Positions 28,458 through 36,229 of a stretch of DNA of 60,999 nt are shown here, piece by piece; position 1 is the stretch's first letter, and each line of letters begins with the position of its first letter. The position numbers and the translations under genes are program-made. Origin of the DNA: Poseidonia sp. (lineage in GTDB: Archaea > Thermoplasmatota > Poseidoniia > Poseidoniales > Poseidoniaceae); the NCBI GenBank assembly GCA_038124565.1, contig JAYPCE010000004.1, positions 1 through 60,999 on the forward strand. The letters run 5' to 3'. Below the pieces are notes generated by a model, which saw only the letters and a program-made list of their open reading frames with translations, was not told where the DNA came from and did not search any database.

Positions 28458-30882
28458 AGTCGTACAGTGTTGGCTGGCGTCCAACGCCACGCAAGTCTTC
28501 CTCGGTCCATCCAAAGGGCGCAAGAATCGCCCACACAGCCCGTTCGGCGAGGGTGGTGTAGTGGGTGAGACAGGCCGTGGTCGTTACAGGAACCGAAGGA
28601 AGTTCTTCGGCAAGAACGACCCTATCCAACGGCTCAGACGCAGAAACATCCACGACAACATAGCGTATTTTTCCACCAGGTGGTACATGATGTCCTTGCA
28701 GATGAGCGCGCATGAGCGCTGCGTAGGTGAGGTTTTTCACGCGGTAATTGCCCAGCGTGGATGTCACGCGTCGCGTCACGACGAGAGCGTCGAGCGGAAC
28801 TTCACGGCGTCCAAGACGCTGGCATTCTGTGCGGTACAACCGCAACACCTGTTGTTGCCCTTTCATGTCGGGAATCCCGTTGACACGACCACTTGACGCA
28901 AGGACCTGAAGGGCTTGCTCTTGAAGTGTACCAATCCAAGAGGGCGTGGAGTGTTGGCGCATTTCAATGCCTCTGACCTTGAATTCACCACCACCGTATG
29001 CCCAATACTTGGTCAGCGAACCTGTTCCGTGAACTCGACTTGGAAGAAACGCAATGAAGTCGTAATGTTGCTCCAATTCCAGCGGTATACCGATGAGCGT
29101 TGTCATGCGTTCAGCAAATGCTGCGGCATCATGCTGCTGTTGCTCACGGGTACGCTGGGCTCGGTCAAGTAACCACACACAATCAACAATGGCGTGGAGA
29201 ACATCCCATCCCGCATGTTGCGCTTCCTCAATGGTCGTGAGCAAAATGTCGCGAGACCACGCACAAATTGCCTCGTGCGCTTCGATGCGCCCAAAACGAG
29301 CATTGCGATAACCTGTGTAGCCAAAGCAGGTAACAAGCAACCATTTGAGAGCGTTTTGCCGCAAGTCAAAGGCATCACCTTTCTTCTTACGTTGACGTTT
29401 GAGTACGCTGCGACGCTCGATGATGGGAGCGACCACGCGACCCAAGAATCCATGCCGACGCCCGCAGGTATGGCTGCTGAGACCTGGTACACGCAACGCT
29501 TTCTCATGCGCCATGGGGAACAACCCGTGGCCAAATTGTGAGCGTAACCGCCGATTTCGAAAATCGGCTTCTGCATCGGACGGATGCAAAGGAACGATGC
29601 CTGTGTTGTTCGCCTCTGAAGGTGGTTGACAGCACGCACAATTCAATGTCTCCGGGGAGATATTTCGTGTCGCAATGATGCTTGGAAACAGGCTGGCAAA
29701 ATCAAGTTCGATGACCGAGGCATACACGCCTGGACGGCTGTCAAGGTACAATCCCCCCCGGTCTGCCTGCAGAAGTTCCAAGGCAGACTTGGTGTCTTCA
29801 GGACGATTTTTCTTCCATGGAACAAGGACGCCATCGTCCATGGCCACACGCATTTGTATCGCACTGATGACCGAACCCGGAGAAAGACGCGAAATGACTT
29901 GAGCAGATTGACATGAATGTTGAGCCAATTCGAACAGACCGGCGGCTCCGCCTTCTTTGACGATGAAACTGTTGCGTAAATCAAGGTGCAAACGGCCTTC
30001 CAAAAAATAGGCACCGTGACGATGCAACGTGTGTCCATACGACTGTACGGTTCGGGCTTGTGTGGACGGTGAGAGGGGAGTTGATGTTCGTCCGAGACGT
30101 ACCTCGCACCCGAGCCGTTGACCTTGTTCTACCAGCCACGGAAACAAGCGTTGGTCACCACCGTATGTCAACACAACATCGGGATCAGAGCGGTCATACA
30201 GATGCTGAAACGCCTCCAACATGGACGCAAACGAATCGAAATCCTCCCGCAAAAGAACCGTTTCTTGCACGGGATGAAGGGCCCTGAGAAAGCCTGGTTC
30301 TCGGACCGGTTTGAGACGAAACGCGTGCACGGCATCGTGCAACGAGGGAAGACCATGCGATGGAGCAAAATCAATGGCCAACTGAACCACGCGAAAAGGA
30401 GGAAACATGTCCACCTTTACGGGGGTTGTCGCCGCCATTGTACGCAGTTCATGGCCGTCCCAACGCACACGTGAAAACGGCTCGCACTGATGTTCATTCA
30501 GGAAACGCTGGGCCAAGTGCGCATCAACAGAAAAGAGCGTGTAGCGATGAAAATCTCCTCGTGCTTCGATGTGCTCGGCAAGCGCTCGTAAATGACGGAA
30601 TGGCTCAATAAAAACTTCCAGCACCTTGACCCTGTCGTCACTTTCCAAATCCAGCCGCATGGACCGAGTAGAGACCCCCTTGATGCCGAAACGTGCGGCA
30701 ATTTCGGGTTGACGCAACCAATGTGTCAAATGTCCAAGTTCACGGGTTGAAGCATGGACATGGAGACTTGCTCGCCACGGTATCTCGCAACCGTGTGCCG
30801 AGCCTTCGTCGTCAACAATCCAAACCACCATGCCTGTTTGCGAACGGTTTTCATGAAGGTCCAACAACCACCCTTCAATCAT
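28381..30882 (-). CDS. Family B DNA polymerase, divergent (exonuclease motifs degenerate; PolB2/Dpo2-like in character)
   Basis: Pol motif A is VIELDFASLFPSII and the KxY motif is SLTKYWAYGG. Motif B is degenerate (RQNALKWLLVTCFGYTGY) and motif C is VLHAIVDCVW instead of YGDTDS. Exo I is LAIDFAP (DxE becomes DxA), Exo II is TYGGDQRLFPWL (FD lost), and Exo III is QHSCQSA (Y...D lost). The ATG at 30882 (MIEGWLLDLHE) is preferred over the listed TTG at 30900. Confidence 0.8.
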   Translation of the reverse strand: MIEGWLLDLHENRSQTGMVVWIVDDEGSAHGCEIPWRASLHVHASTRELGHLTHWLRQPEIAARFGIKGVSTRSMRLDLESDDRVKVLEVFIEPFRHLRALAEHIEARGDFHRYTLFSVDAHLAQRFLNEHQCEPFSRVRWDGHELRTMAATTPVKVDMFPPFRVVQLAIDFAPSHGLPSLHDAVHAFRLKPVREPGFLRALHPVQETVLLREDFDSFASMLEAFQHLYDRSDPDVVLTYGGDQRLFPWLVEQGQRLGCEVRLGRTSTPLSPSTQARTVQSYGHTLHRHGAYFLEGRLHLDLRNSFIVKEGGAAGLFELAQHSCQSAQVISRLSPGSVISAIQMRVAMDDGVLVPWKKNRPEDTKSALELLQADRGGLYLDSRPGVYASVIELDFASLFPSIIATRNISPETLNCACCQPPSEANNTGIVPLHPSDAEADFRNRRLRSQFGHGLFPMAHEKALRVPGLSSHTCGRRHGFLGRVVAPIIERRSVLKRQRKKKGDAFDLRQNALKWLLVTCFGYTGYRNARFGRIEAHEAICAWSRDILLTTIEEAQHAGWDVLHAIVDCVWLLDRAQRTREQQQHDAAAFAERMTTLIGIPLELEQHYDFIAFLPSRVHGTGSLTKYWAYGGGEFKVRGIEMRQHSTPSWIGTLQEQALQVLASSGRVNGIPDMKGQQQVLRLYRTECQRLGRREVPLDALVVTRRVTSTLGNYRVKNLTYAALMRAHLQGHHVPPGGKIRYVVVDVSASEPLDRVVLAEELPSVPVTTTACLTHYTTLAERAVWAILAPFGWTEEDLRGVGRQPTLYDFNVFREATANSPPRPKIPEDVRGDT

Positions 30883-31144
30883 CGCAACGACCTTCTTCAA
30901 GCGCCTGCAGTCGTTGGCTGAGTTGCTCGTTACGTACCGCCAACCCCACCAACATGTTGAGCAACATCATGTGCCAGGTATCGATGGCTGGAAGCATCCC
31001 CCCGGCTGCACGACGCTGGCGAACATCGTTGAGCAACGCGTCGAAGATGGCGTGTTCTGATATCGGCAAGGCTCGCCTGTATGGAACAAGTCGTTCCAAT
31101 TCCGCTTCCACTCGTGTTCGCCAAGGAGGTACACTTCGGCCCAT
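30875..31144 (-). CDS. Small helical hypothetical protein, translationally coupled to the PolB gene
   Basis: An 89-aa ORF with an ATG start at 31144. Its TGA stop (30875-30877) overlaps the PolB ATG (30880-30882) in ATGATTGA. The sequence is Arg/Leu-rich and looks helical. No family recognised. Confidence 0.45.
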   Translation of the reverse strand: MGRSVPPWRTRVEAELERLVPYRRALPISEHAIFDALLNDVRQRRAAGGMLPAIDTWHMMLLNMLVGLAVRNEQLSQRLQALEEGRCDD

Positions 31145-31208
31145 AGCGACGAGAGATGCGAGAACATCCTCTTCCTTTTCTCAGACCCAGAAGTTGAAAG
31201 TGAAAGTG

Positions 31209-32192
31209 CTAGAGGTGCGAACGATTGACCACGAAATCACACGGCTCTCCGGCCAAGACATCCATCACGTTGGTGGCAATGTCCAATCCAACACGTCCTT
31301 GTGCTTCAACGGTGGATGCACCAATATGTGGCGTGCCGTGGAAGTGTTCCATCTGAAGCAGCGGGTGGTGAGGGTCGACGGGCTCATGCTCAAAGACATC
31401 AAGGGCTGCAGAAGTTAACGACCCGGAAGTAAGTGCATCGAGAACCGCATCTTCATCCACGATACCCCCACGAGCACAATTCACAATGTGGTTGCCGCAA
31501 GGTGAGCCGTCTTTCCCCGTCTGTGGCATGGAGGCGATGCGTTTGGCGTTGATGAGATGGTGGGTCTCTTCCGTAAGATTGCAATGGACGGAAATGTGTG
31601 TGCAATTAGAAAAGAGCGTATCGACCGATTTGTGGAGCCGTGTGTTCTGTGCTTTGGCAATTTTTGGAGGAAGGTAAGGGTCGTAGGCATGAACTTCCAT
31701 GCCAAGGACTTGCGCCACTTGACCGACTGATTGAGCGATGCGCCCAAAACCGATGAGTCCCAAGGCCTTTCCGGAGAGTTCAGAGCCTTTCATCGAGGAC
31801 TTTTCCCAACGCCCTTCTCTTAGAGAACGGTCGGCTCGTGGGAGATGACGAATACAGGCAAGCAAATGGCCCAACGTCAATTCCACCACCGACTGTGTGC
31901 TCGCTCTTGGAGCGTTGACCACAGCAATGCCCCGGGAACCAGCAGCTGCCAAGTCAATGTTGTCCACACCAACACCGGCCCTTCCAATCACACGGAGACG
32001 GTCTCCCGTTGCTTCGATGACTTGGGCCGTAAGCTTGGTTGCGCTTCGGATGATGATGGCATCAAATTCGCTTAGGGCGCCGGCCTGCAAATCGTCGGGT
32101 GAAATGGTCTCAAGAACCACTTCATGACCTGCTTTTTCAAGAAGAGCCACCGCTTTTTTATCCATGCCGTCAGTCACTGCGATTCTGGCCAT
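31209..32192 (-). CDS. serA: D-3-phosphoglycerate dehydrogenase / 2-hydroxyacid dehydrogenase (short form, no ACT domain)
   Basis: The ATG at 32192 gives MARIAVTDGMDKK.... It has the NAD motif GLIGFGRIAQSVG and catalytic blocks NCARGGIVDE and HIGAST. The listed 56-aa N-terminal extension was rejected. Confidence 0.8.
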   Translation of the reverse strand: MARIAVTDGMDKKAVALLEKAGHEVVLETISPDDLQAGALSEFDAIIIRSATKLTAQVIEATGDRLRVIGRAGVGVDNIDLAAAGSRGIAVVNAPRASTQSVVELTLGHLLACIRHLPRADRSLREGRWEKSSMKGSELSGKALGLIGFGRIAQSVGQVAQVLGMEVHAYDPYLPPKIAKAQNTRLHKSVDTLFSNCTHISVHCNLTEETHHLINAKRIASMPQTGKDGSPCGNHIVNCARGGIVDEDAVLDALTSGSLTSAALDVFEHEPVDPHHPLLQMEHFHGTPHIGASTVEAQGRVGLDIATNVMDVLAGEPCDFVVNRSHL

Positions 32193-32293
32193 GAACCAAA
32201 CAATTGGTGGGGGTGTTAGAACATTGGGTTTTGAAGTCTCTTCAACCGTTGTCTTGAACAACCCCTGATGAGTGGAAGGGGTGAGGAAGTCAC

Positions 32294-33448
32294 ATGGCGA
32301 CAGAGGTGCAAGAGTTGTTGTGGGGGGCCGGCATCCTTGCCCTCCCCCTGCTTCTTGCACTCCCTATGCGACTTGCTTGGCAGTTTTGGGTCGGCATCGG
32401 GCACGAAGTCTCGGAATACCGCACGATTGTGCGGCAAATCGTTGATTCCGGCCACCAAGTCGCATCGTTTTCCCAAAATTTGGACGACATCGCCCGAAAC
32501 CTCAGAATTCCACCTGCAAAGCAACGGTTGATCGAAGCAGAACTTTTGCATCCGCTTCGTCTTTCACATTTCTTGTTGCTACCGGCCCTCCTCATTCTTC
32601 CACTTTCAGCCATCATGGCACTGCCGCTCGTTCTGTTGGGGTTCCCGTTCATGTTGTTCATGGAATACTTGCTCATTCGAAAGAACCTACTGATTTGGAT
32701 ATTGAAGGGCACCGAACGCGTCATGCACTGGCAGGTGATTCACATCCCAAAACCACACCGCGGCAACCGAGATAACAGGCGCTCATTGACTGAATTTTCT
32801 CAACACATTGAACATTTCAATTACGTCCCCCAAGCGGCATTTCTCGGCCTTTTTGCGTGGCTGATTGTTCACTGGGTACTCAATCTCGATTCATGGTCGA
32901 TTGAAATTCTTGTTTCGGCCCTCCTGTACATGGTGTTGCTTTCGGTCCTCTCTGTGCTGAACACGGCTTTTGAAGCGGATTTGGTCTTTGTAGACCCTGC
33001 AAAAGGACGGCTTGTTCCGGTGAATCAATGGCTCGAAGGGGTGCTCAATCCCATCGTAGGTATCGGATTGCTCTTCCTCCTTGGAAGGAATCTGCTTGAA
33101 GAATCGAGAGCGGTGGATGGAAACCCAATCCTCTTTGCCACCGTGGTGCTAACCCTGCTTTACGGTGCTGCAATCGTAGGTATTTCCTACCGTTGGGGCT
33201 ACTCAACGTGGCGAGGCGAACGTGTGCGGCAGCACTTTGAAACGCAAGTTGTCTCCCACCTGAATCCACTTTCTTATGACTTAACACGTTCAAAAGGCCG
33301 CATTGATTTCAATGTACGAATGGGCATGGAGGAGCGCTTGACAGCGATTGAGGCAACGAGTCCTCAACAACTCTCCTTTGAAGAATTACAAAACCTTCCT
33401 TCAGTTCCAGCAGGAACCAAGGCTCCAGCGAACCCACTGAAAAAATGA
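32294..33448 (+). CDS. Hypothetical polytopic membrane protein
   Basis: A 384-aa ORF with about 7 hydrophobic helices, divergent from serA. No recognisable motif; start uncertain. Confidence 0.55.
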   Translation: MATEVQELLWGAGILALPLLLALPMRLAWQFWVGIGHEVSEYRTIVRQIVDSGHQVASFSQNLDDIARNLRIPPAKQRLIEAELLHPLRLSHFLLLPALLILPLSAIMALPLVLLGFPFMLFMEYLLIRKNLLIWILKGTERVMHWQVIHIPKPHRGNRDNRRSLTEFSQHIEHFNYVPQAAFLGLFAWLIVHWVLNLDSWSIEILVSALLYMVLLSVLSVLNTAFEADLVFVDPAKGRLVPVNQWLEGVLNPIVGIGLLFLLGRNLLEESRAVDGNPILFATVVLTLLYGAAIVGISYRWGYSTWRGERVRQHFETQVVSHLNPLSYDLTRSKGRIDFNVRMGMEERLTAIEATSPQQLSFEELQNLPSVPAGTKAPANPLKK

Positions 33449-33449
33449 T

Positions 33450-34202
33450 TCATTCCAACCAAGGAATGTGCTCGGGAACCTCACCGAAAAGATTGGCTGG
33501 AATAGCTGTTTTAATTTTAGAAACTCCACCGAGTTGGGCTGATGTCGAGGCTTGCCAAGCTGCGTATTCCTCAAGGGAAGACATACGCAAAATTGGATTG
33601 TGTTCTCTGTTCCACGCCAGGGATTGCATCAGCGTTCCTGGCGGGTCATGGCCCGAACAAACAATCGTTTGTTCCTCAAAGCGTTCCAGTACGGCCAATG
33701 CATCCCAATGGACATCAACTCGCCCGCTGGGCAAATCATCACGACCCACACCGCCGTTTCCGTTGAAAAGGAAATCACCCGTCATCATGTAGCCTGGAAC
33801 ATGAACGATCATCGAATCGTTGGTGTGTCCAGGGGCTGCGTGGAATTGGATTGGGACTGACCCGAGCATGATTTTTTCTTCATCGTCAACAAGCATCGTC
33901 ACGCCGAGGCTTGCCGTGTTGTTGTACATCACATATTCACAGTCGTAGTGTTCCCGAAGCGAAAAACACGCCGTGATGTGGTCCGCATGTGTGTGCGTTG
34001 CAATGGCATAGACAAGGGTCAGTCCATCGCGCTCAAGGCGTTCGATGTACGATTCCAAATAGTCATAGACAGGGTCGACCAAAGCCGCCAATTTCGTGGA
34101 CTCATCGACAATAAGGTAGGTCATGGCCCACACGCCCTCGTTCAGTTGTTCAAATCGCATCAAGCGTGGGACTGCATTCACGGTCTTGAACTTTGACCGC
34201 AT
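33450..34202 (-). CDS. Metallo-beta-lactamase fold hydrolase (glyoxalase II-like)
   Basis: It has the HxHxDH motif ATHTHADHI and downstream His/Asp ligands (APGHTNDS, CSGHD). An alternative ATG lies at 34160. Confidence 0.8.
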   Translation of the reverse strand: MRSKFKTVNAVPRLMRFEQLNEGVWAMTYLIVDESTKLAALVDPVYDYLESYIERLERDGLTLVYAIATHTHADHITACFSLREHYDCEYVMYNNTASLGVTMLVDDEEKIMLGSVPIQFHAAPGHTNDSMIVHVPGYMMTGDFLFNGNGGVGRDDLPSGRVDVHWDALAVLERFEEQTIVCSGHDPPGTLMQSLAWNREHNPILRMSSLEEYAAWQASTSAQLGGVSKIKTAIPANLFGEVPEHIPWLE

Positions 34203-34240
34203 ACGATTTCATCATATACTGTCGGCACCATTGAAAATTC

Positions 34241-35449
34241 ATGGTAGGATTGGTTGAATATGGATTTTTGATGCTCGGCGGGGTATTTGGTGGAATCATT
34301 GGCTGGTTGGTCGCCAAGCAATCAAGCTCTGGTGAACTTATTCGTGCTCAGGAACGTCTGCGGGCAAGTGAGGAAGCCGCTGCCATCAACGAGCAGCGCA
34401 TACGGGCAGAAGTTGAGAACATCGGAAAAAAGGTCAGTGCCGAAAACACCGAGCAATTTCTCAAGTTTGCACAAGAACGTTGGGCAAGCAACCAACAAGA
34501 AGCCGAGCACGCCCTTGAAACTCGCAAAAAAGAGGTGGAGCACCTCCTAAAACCTCTTCAAGAAGAACTGCTGAAGTTGCAAGCTCACAACACCGAGATG
34601 GAAAAAGACCGAGTCGGTGCTTACGAGGGGTTGCGCCGCCACATCAAAGAACTCGGTGACAAAACCGATTCCCTATCAACCCAAACGACCGTACTCTCCA
34701 CAGCCTTGACAACTTCCGGACAGGCCCGAGGGAATTGGGGCGAGGTCAAACTGAGACGCTTGTTTGAGATGGCAGGGCTCTCGGAGCACGTTGATTTTCA
34801 CGAACAGGTCACGCTAGAAAATGGTACCCGGCCCGACTTTGTTGTTGTGTTACCAGAGCAAGCCGTCATCCCCATTGATTCGAAAGCCATTGGCGAAAAA
34901 TACCTCGAGGCAGTGAATATTGACCCCGGGCCAGAACAGGATGCATTGTTGCTCAAACATGCAAGAGCCATGAGGAACAGAATCAGTGACTTGAGTTCAA
35001 AGGGCTATCAAGAGTCTATCGAGGGAGAATTTGACCATGTCATTATGTTTGTACCGAGTGAAGCCATGGCGGCTGCAGCGTTTACCGTCGACCCTGAACT
35101 CATGGAATATGCGATGAGCAAAGCCGTTTTGATTGCAACACCCGTGACGATGCTTGGCCTACTACGCACGGTTGCATTGTACTGGCAGCAGCATGCTTTG
35201 GCTGAAGGAGCAAGAGAGATTTACGATGTCTCGCGCGAGTTTTACAAGCGTGTGATGACCATGGTGGAACATTTCAACAAAGTCGGCGGTCACCTTTCGA
35301 AGGCAGCAAAAGCCTACAACGACACCATCAATTCCTACGAGGGAAGGGTCTTGCCTCAAGGTCGTCGGCTGGACGATCTCAAGGTATCTGAAACCCTACC
35401 GGCCACTCTACCGGAAGGAAACGACATTTCCGACTTCCCAAAAGAATGA
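34241..35449 (+). CDS. rmuC: DNA recombination protein RmuC family
   Basis: An N-terminal TM helix is followed by a long coiled coil and then the RmuC nuclease-like core: GNWGEVKLRRLFEMAGL, RPDFVVVLPEQAVIPIDSK, VIMFVPSEA. Confidence 0.8.
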   Translation: MVGLVEYGFLMLGGVFGGIIGWLVAKQSSSGELIRAQERLRASEEAAAINEQRIRAEVENIGKKVSAENTEQFLKFAQERWASNQQEAEHALETRKKEVEHLLKPLQEELLKLQAHNTEMEKDRVGAYEGLRRHIKELGDKTDSLSTQTTVLSTALTTSGQARGNWGEVKLRRLFEMAGLSEHVDFHEQVTLENGTRPDFVVVLPEQAVIPIDSKAIGEKYLEAVNIDPGPEQDALLLKHARAMRNRISDLSSKGYQESIEGEFDHVIMFVPSEAMAAAAFTVDPELMEYAMSKAVLIATPVTMLGLLRTVALYWQQHALAEGAREIYDVSREFYKRVMTMVEHFNKVGGHLSKAAKAYNDTINSYEGRVLPQGRRLDDLKVSETLPATLPEGNDISDFPKE

Positions 35450-35497
35450 GGGACTGCAAATACGAGCATTCATGTTCAACGCTCCCATCGCGTGGAT

Positions 35498-36229
35498 ATG
35501 CACCCGGAACTCGTTGTTTATGTCGAGCACGATGGAAAGGTGTTACTTGTAGACGTGAATGGAAATGGACCAATCCAGCCAGATGCAGGACGGTTGGACG
35601 GTAGAGGTGAATATCGGTTTCCTACCCCCAGCGAACTTGTAGAATTGGACATTGCCTATGTTGAGAAAGGCCATCTCACGCTTCATTTTGGAGACCGTCC
35701 CTACCAGGTCGTCAAGGCATATCCGAAGATTCCTTGGCCTGAATCATGGTGCTGGAAAGATGATTGTATCGCTGACAACGCAGTTCATCCAGTAGCAAGA
35801 GAAGCCATCTATCGTTCATTGCACCGTCTTGTGTCAAAGGTCATGGTGCGAAATCCGGACGGTCATATCCTCATGGGCAAAGTAGAACGAGGTCATTTCA
35901 ATGGATTTTGGACCTTACCGGGCGGATACATGGACCACAACGAACATCCGGCAATCGGATGTGTTCGGGAAACATTGGAAGAACTTGGACTGACCATTGT
36001 TTTGGAGAATGTGGAACCGGTGATCACTCAGAAGGTCTTCAACAACGAAGGGATCTCCTTCGTTTCCTTCACCTACCAGTCTACGTGGGATGGAGATGTT
36101 GGTGAACTCGTACTCCAAACCGAAGAAATCTCAGAAGCAAAATGGTTCTCACCGGATGAAGCCTATGCAACCGCAGTATCTCATTTTGACCGCGAGGCAT
36201 TGCGGTCTTTGTTGGAAAAACATCCCTAA
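35498..36229 (+). CDS. NUDIX hydrolase with N-terminal extra domain
   Basis: The Nudix box is GGYMDHNEHPAIGCVRETLEELGL. The ATG at 35498 is preferred over the listed GTG at 35492. Confidence 0.8.
   Translation: MHPELVVYVEHDGKVLLVDVNGNGPIQPDAGRLDGRGEYRFPTPSELVELDIAYVEKGHLTLHFGDRPYQVVKAYPKIPWPESWCWKDDCIADNAVHPVAREAIYRSLHRLVSKVMVRNPDGHILMGKVERGHFNGFWTLPGGYMDHNEHPAIGCVRETLEELGLTIVLENVEPVITQKVFNNEGISFVSFTYQSTWDGDVGELVLQTEEISEAKWFSPDEAYATAVSHFDREALRSLLEKHP

Noticed and set aside
28249-28896. 215-aa plus-strand ORF antisense to the PolB 3' region
   Set aside because: It lies in a GC-rich region where long chance ORFs are expected and shows no motif. The opposite strand carries clear PolB thumb-domain sequence. 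Only the upstream 27672-28457 ORF shows a recognisable RecA-like layout.
30693-31418. 241-aa plus-strand ORF spanning the PolB start, the small ORF and the serA 3' end
   Set aside because: It crosses three better-supported minus-strand genes and an intergenic spacer. It is Ser/Arg-rich with no motif and is most likely a shadow ORF.
32193-32360. Long N-terminal extensions offered by the ORF track (serA 32193-32360; subtilase 45190-45342; methyltransferase 47253-47417; dtdA 50101-50160; purC 60105-60164; valS 23904-23945; EVE 20709-20726)
   Set aside because: The extensions overlap neighbouring genes or use non-ATG codons. The conserved family N-termini begin at internal ATGs, so the shorter models were adopted.
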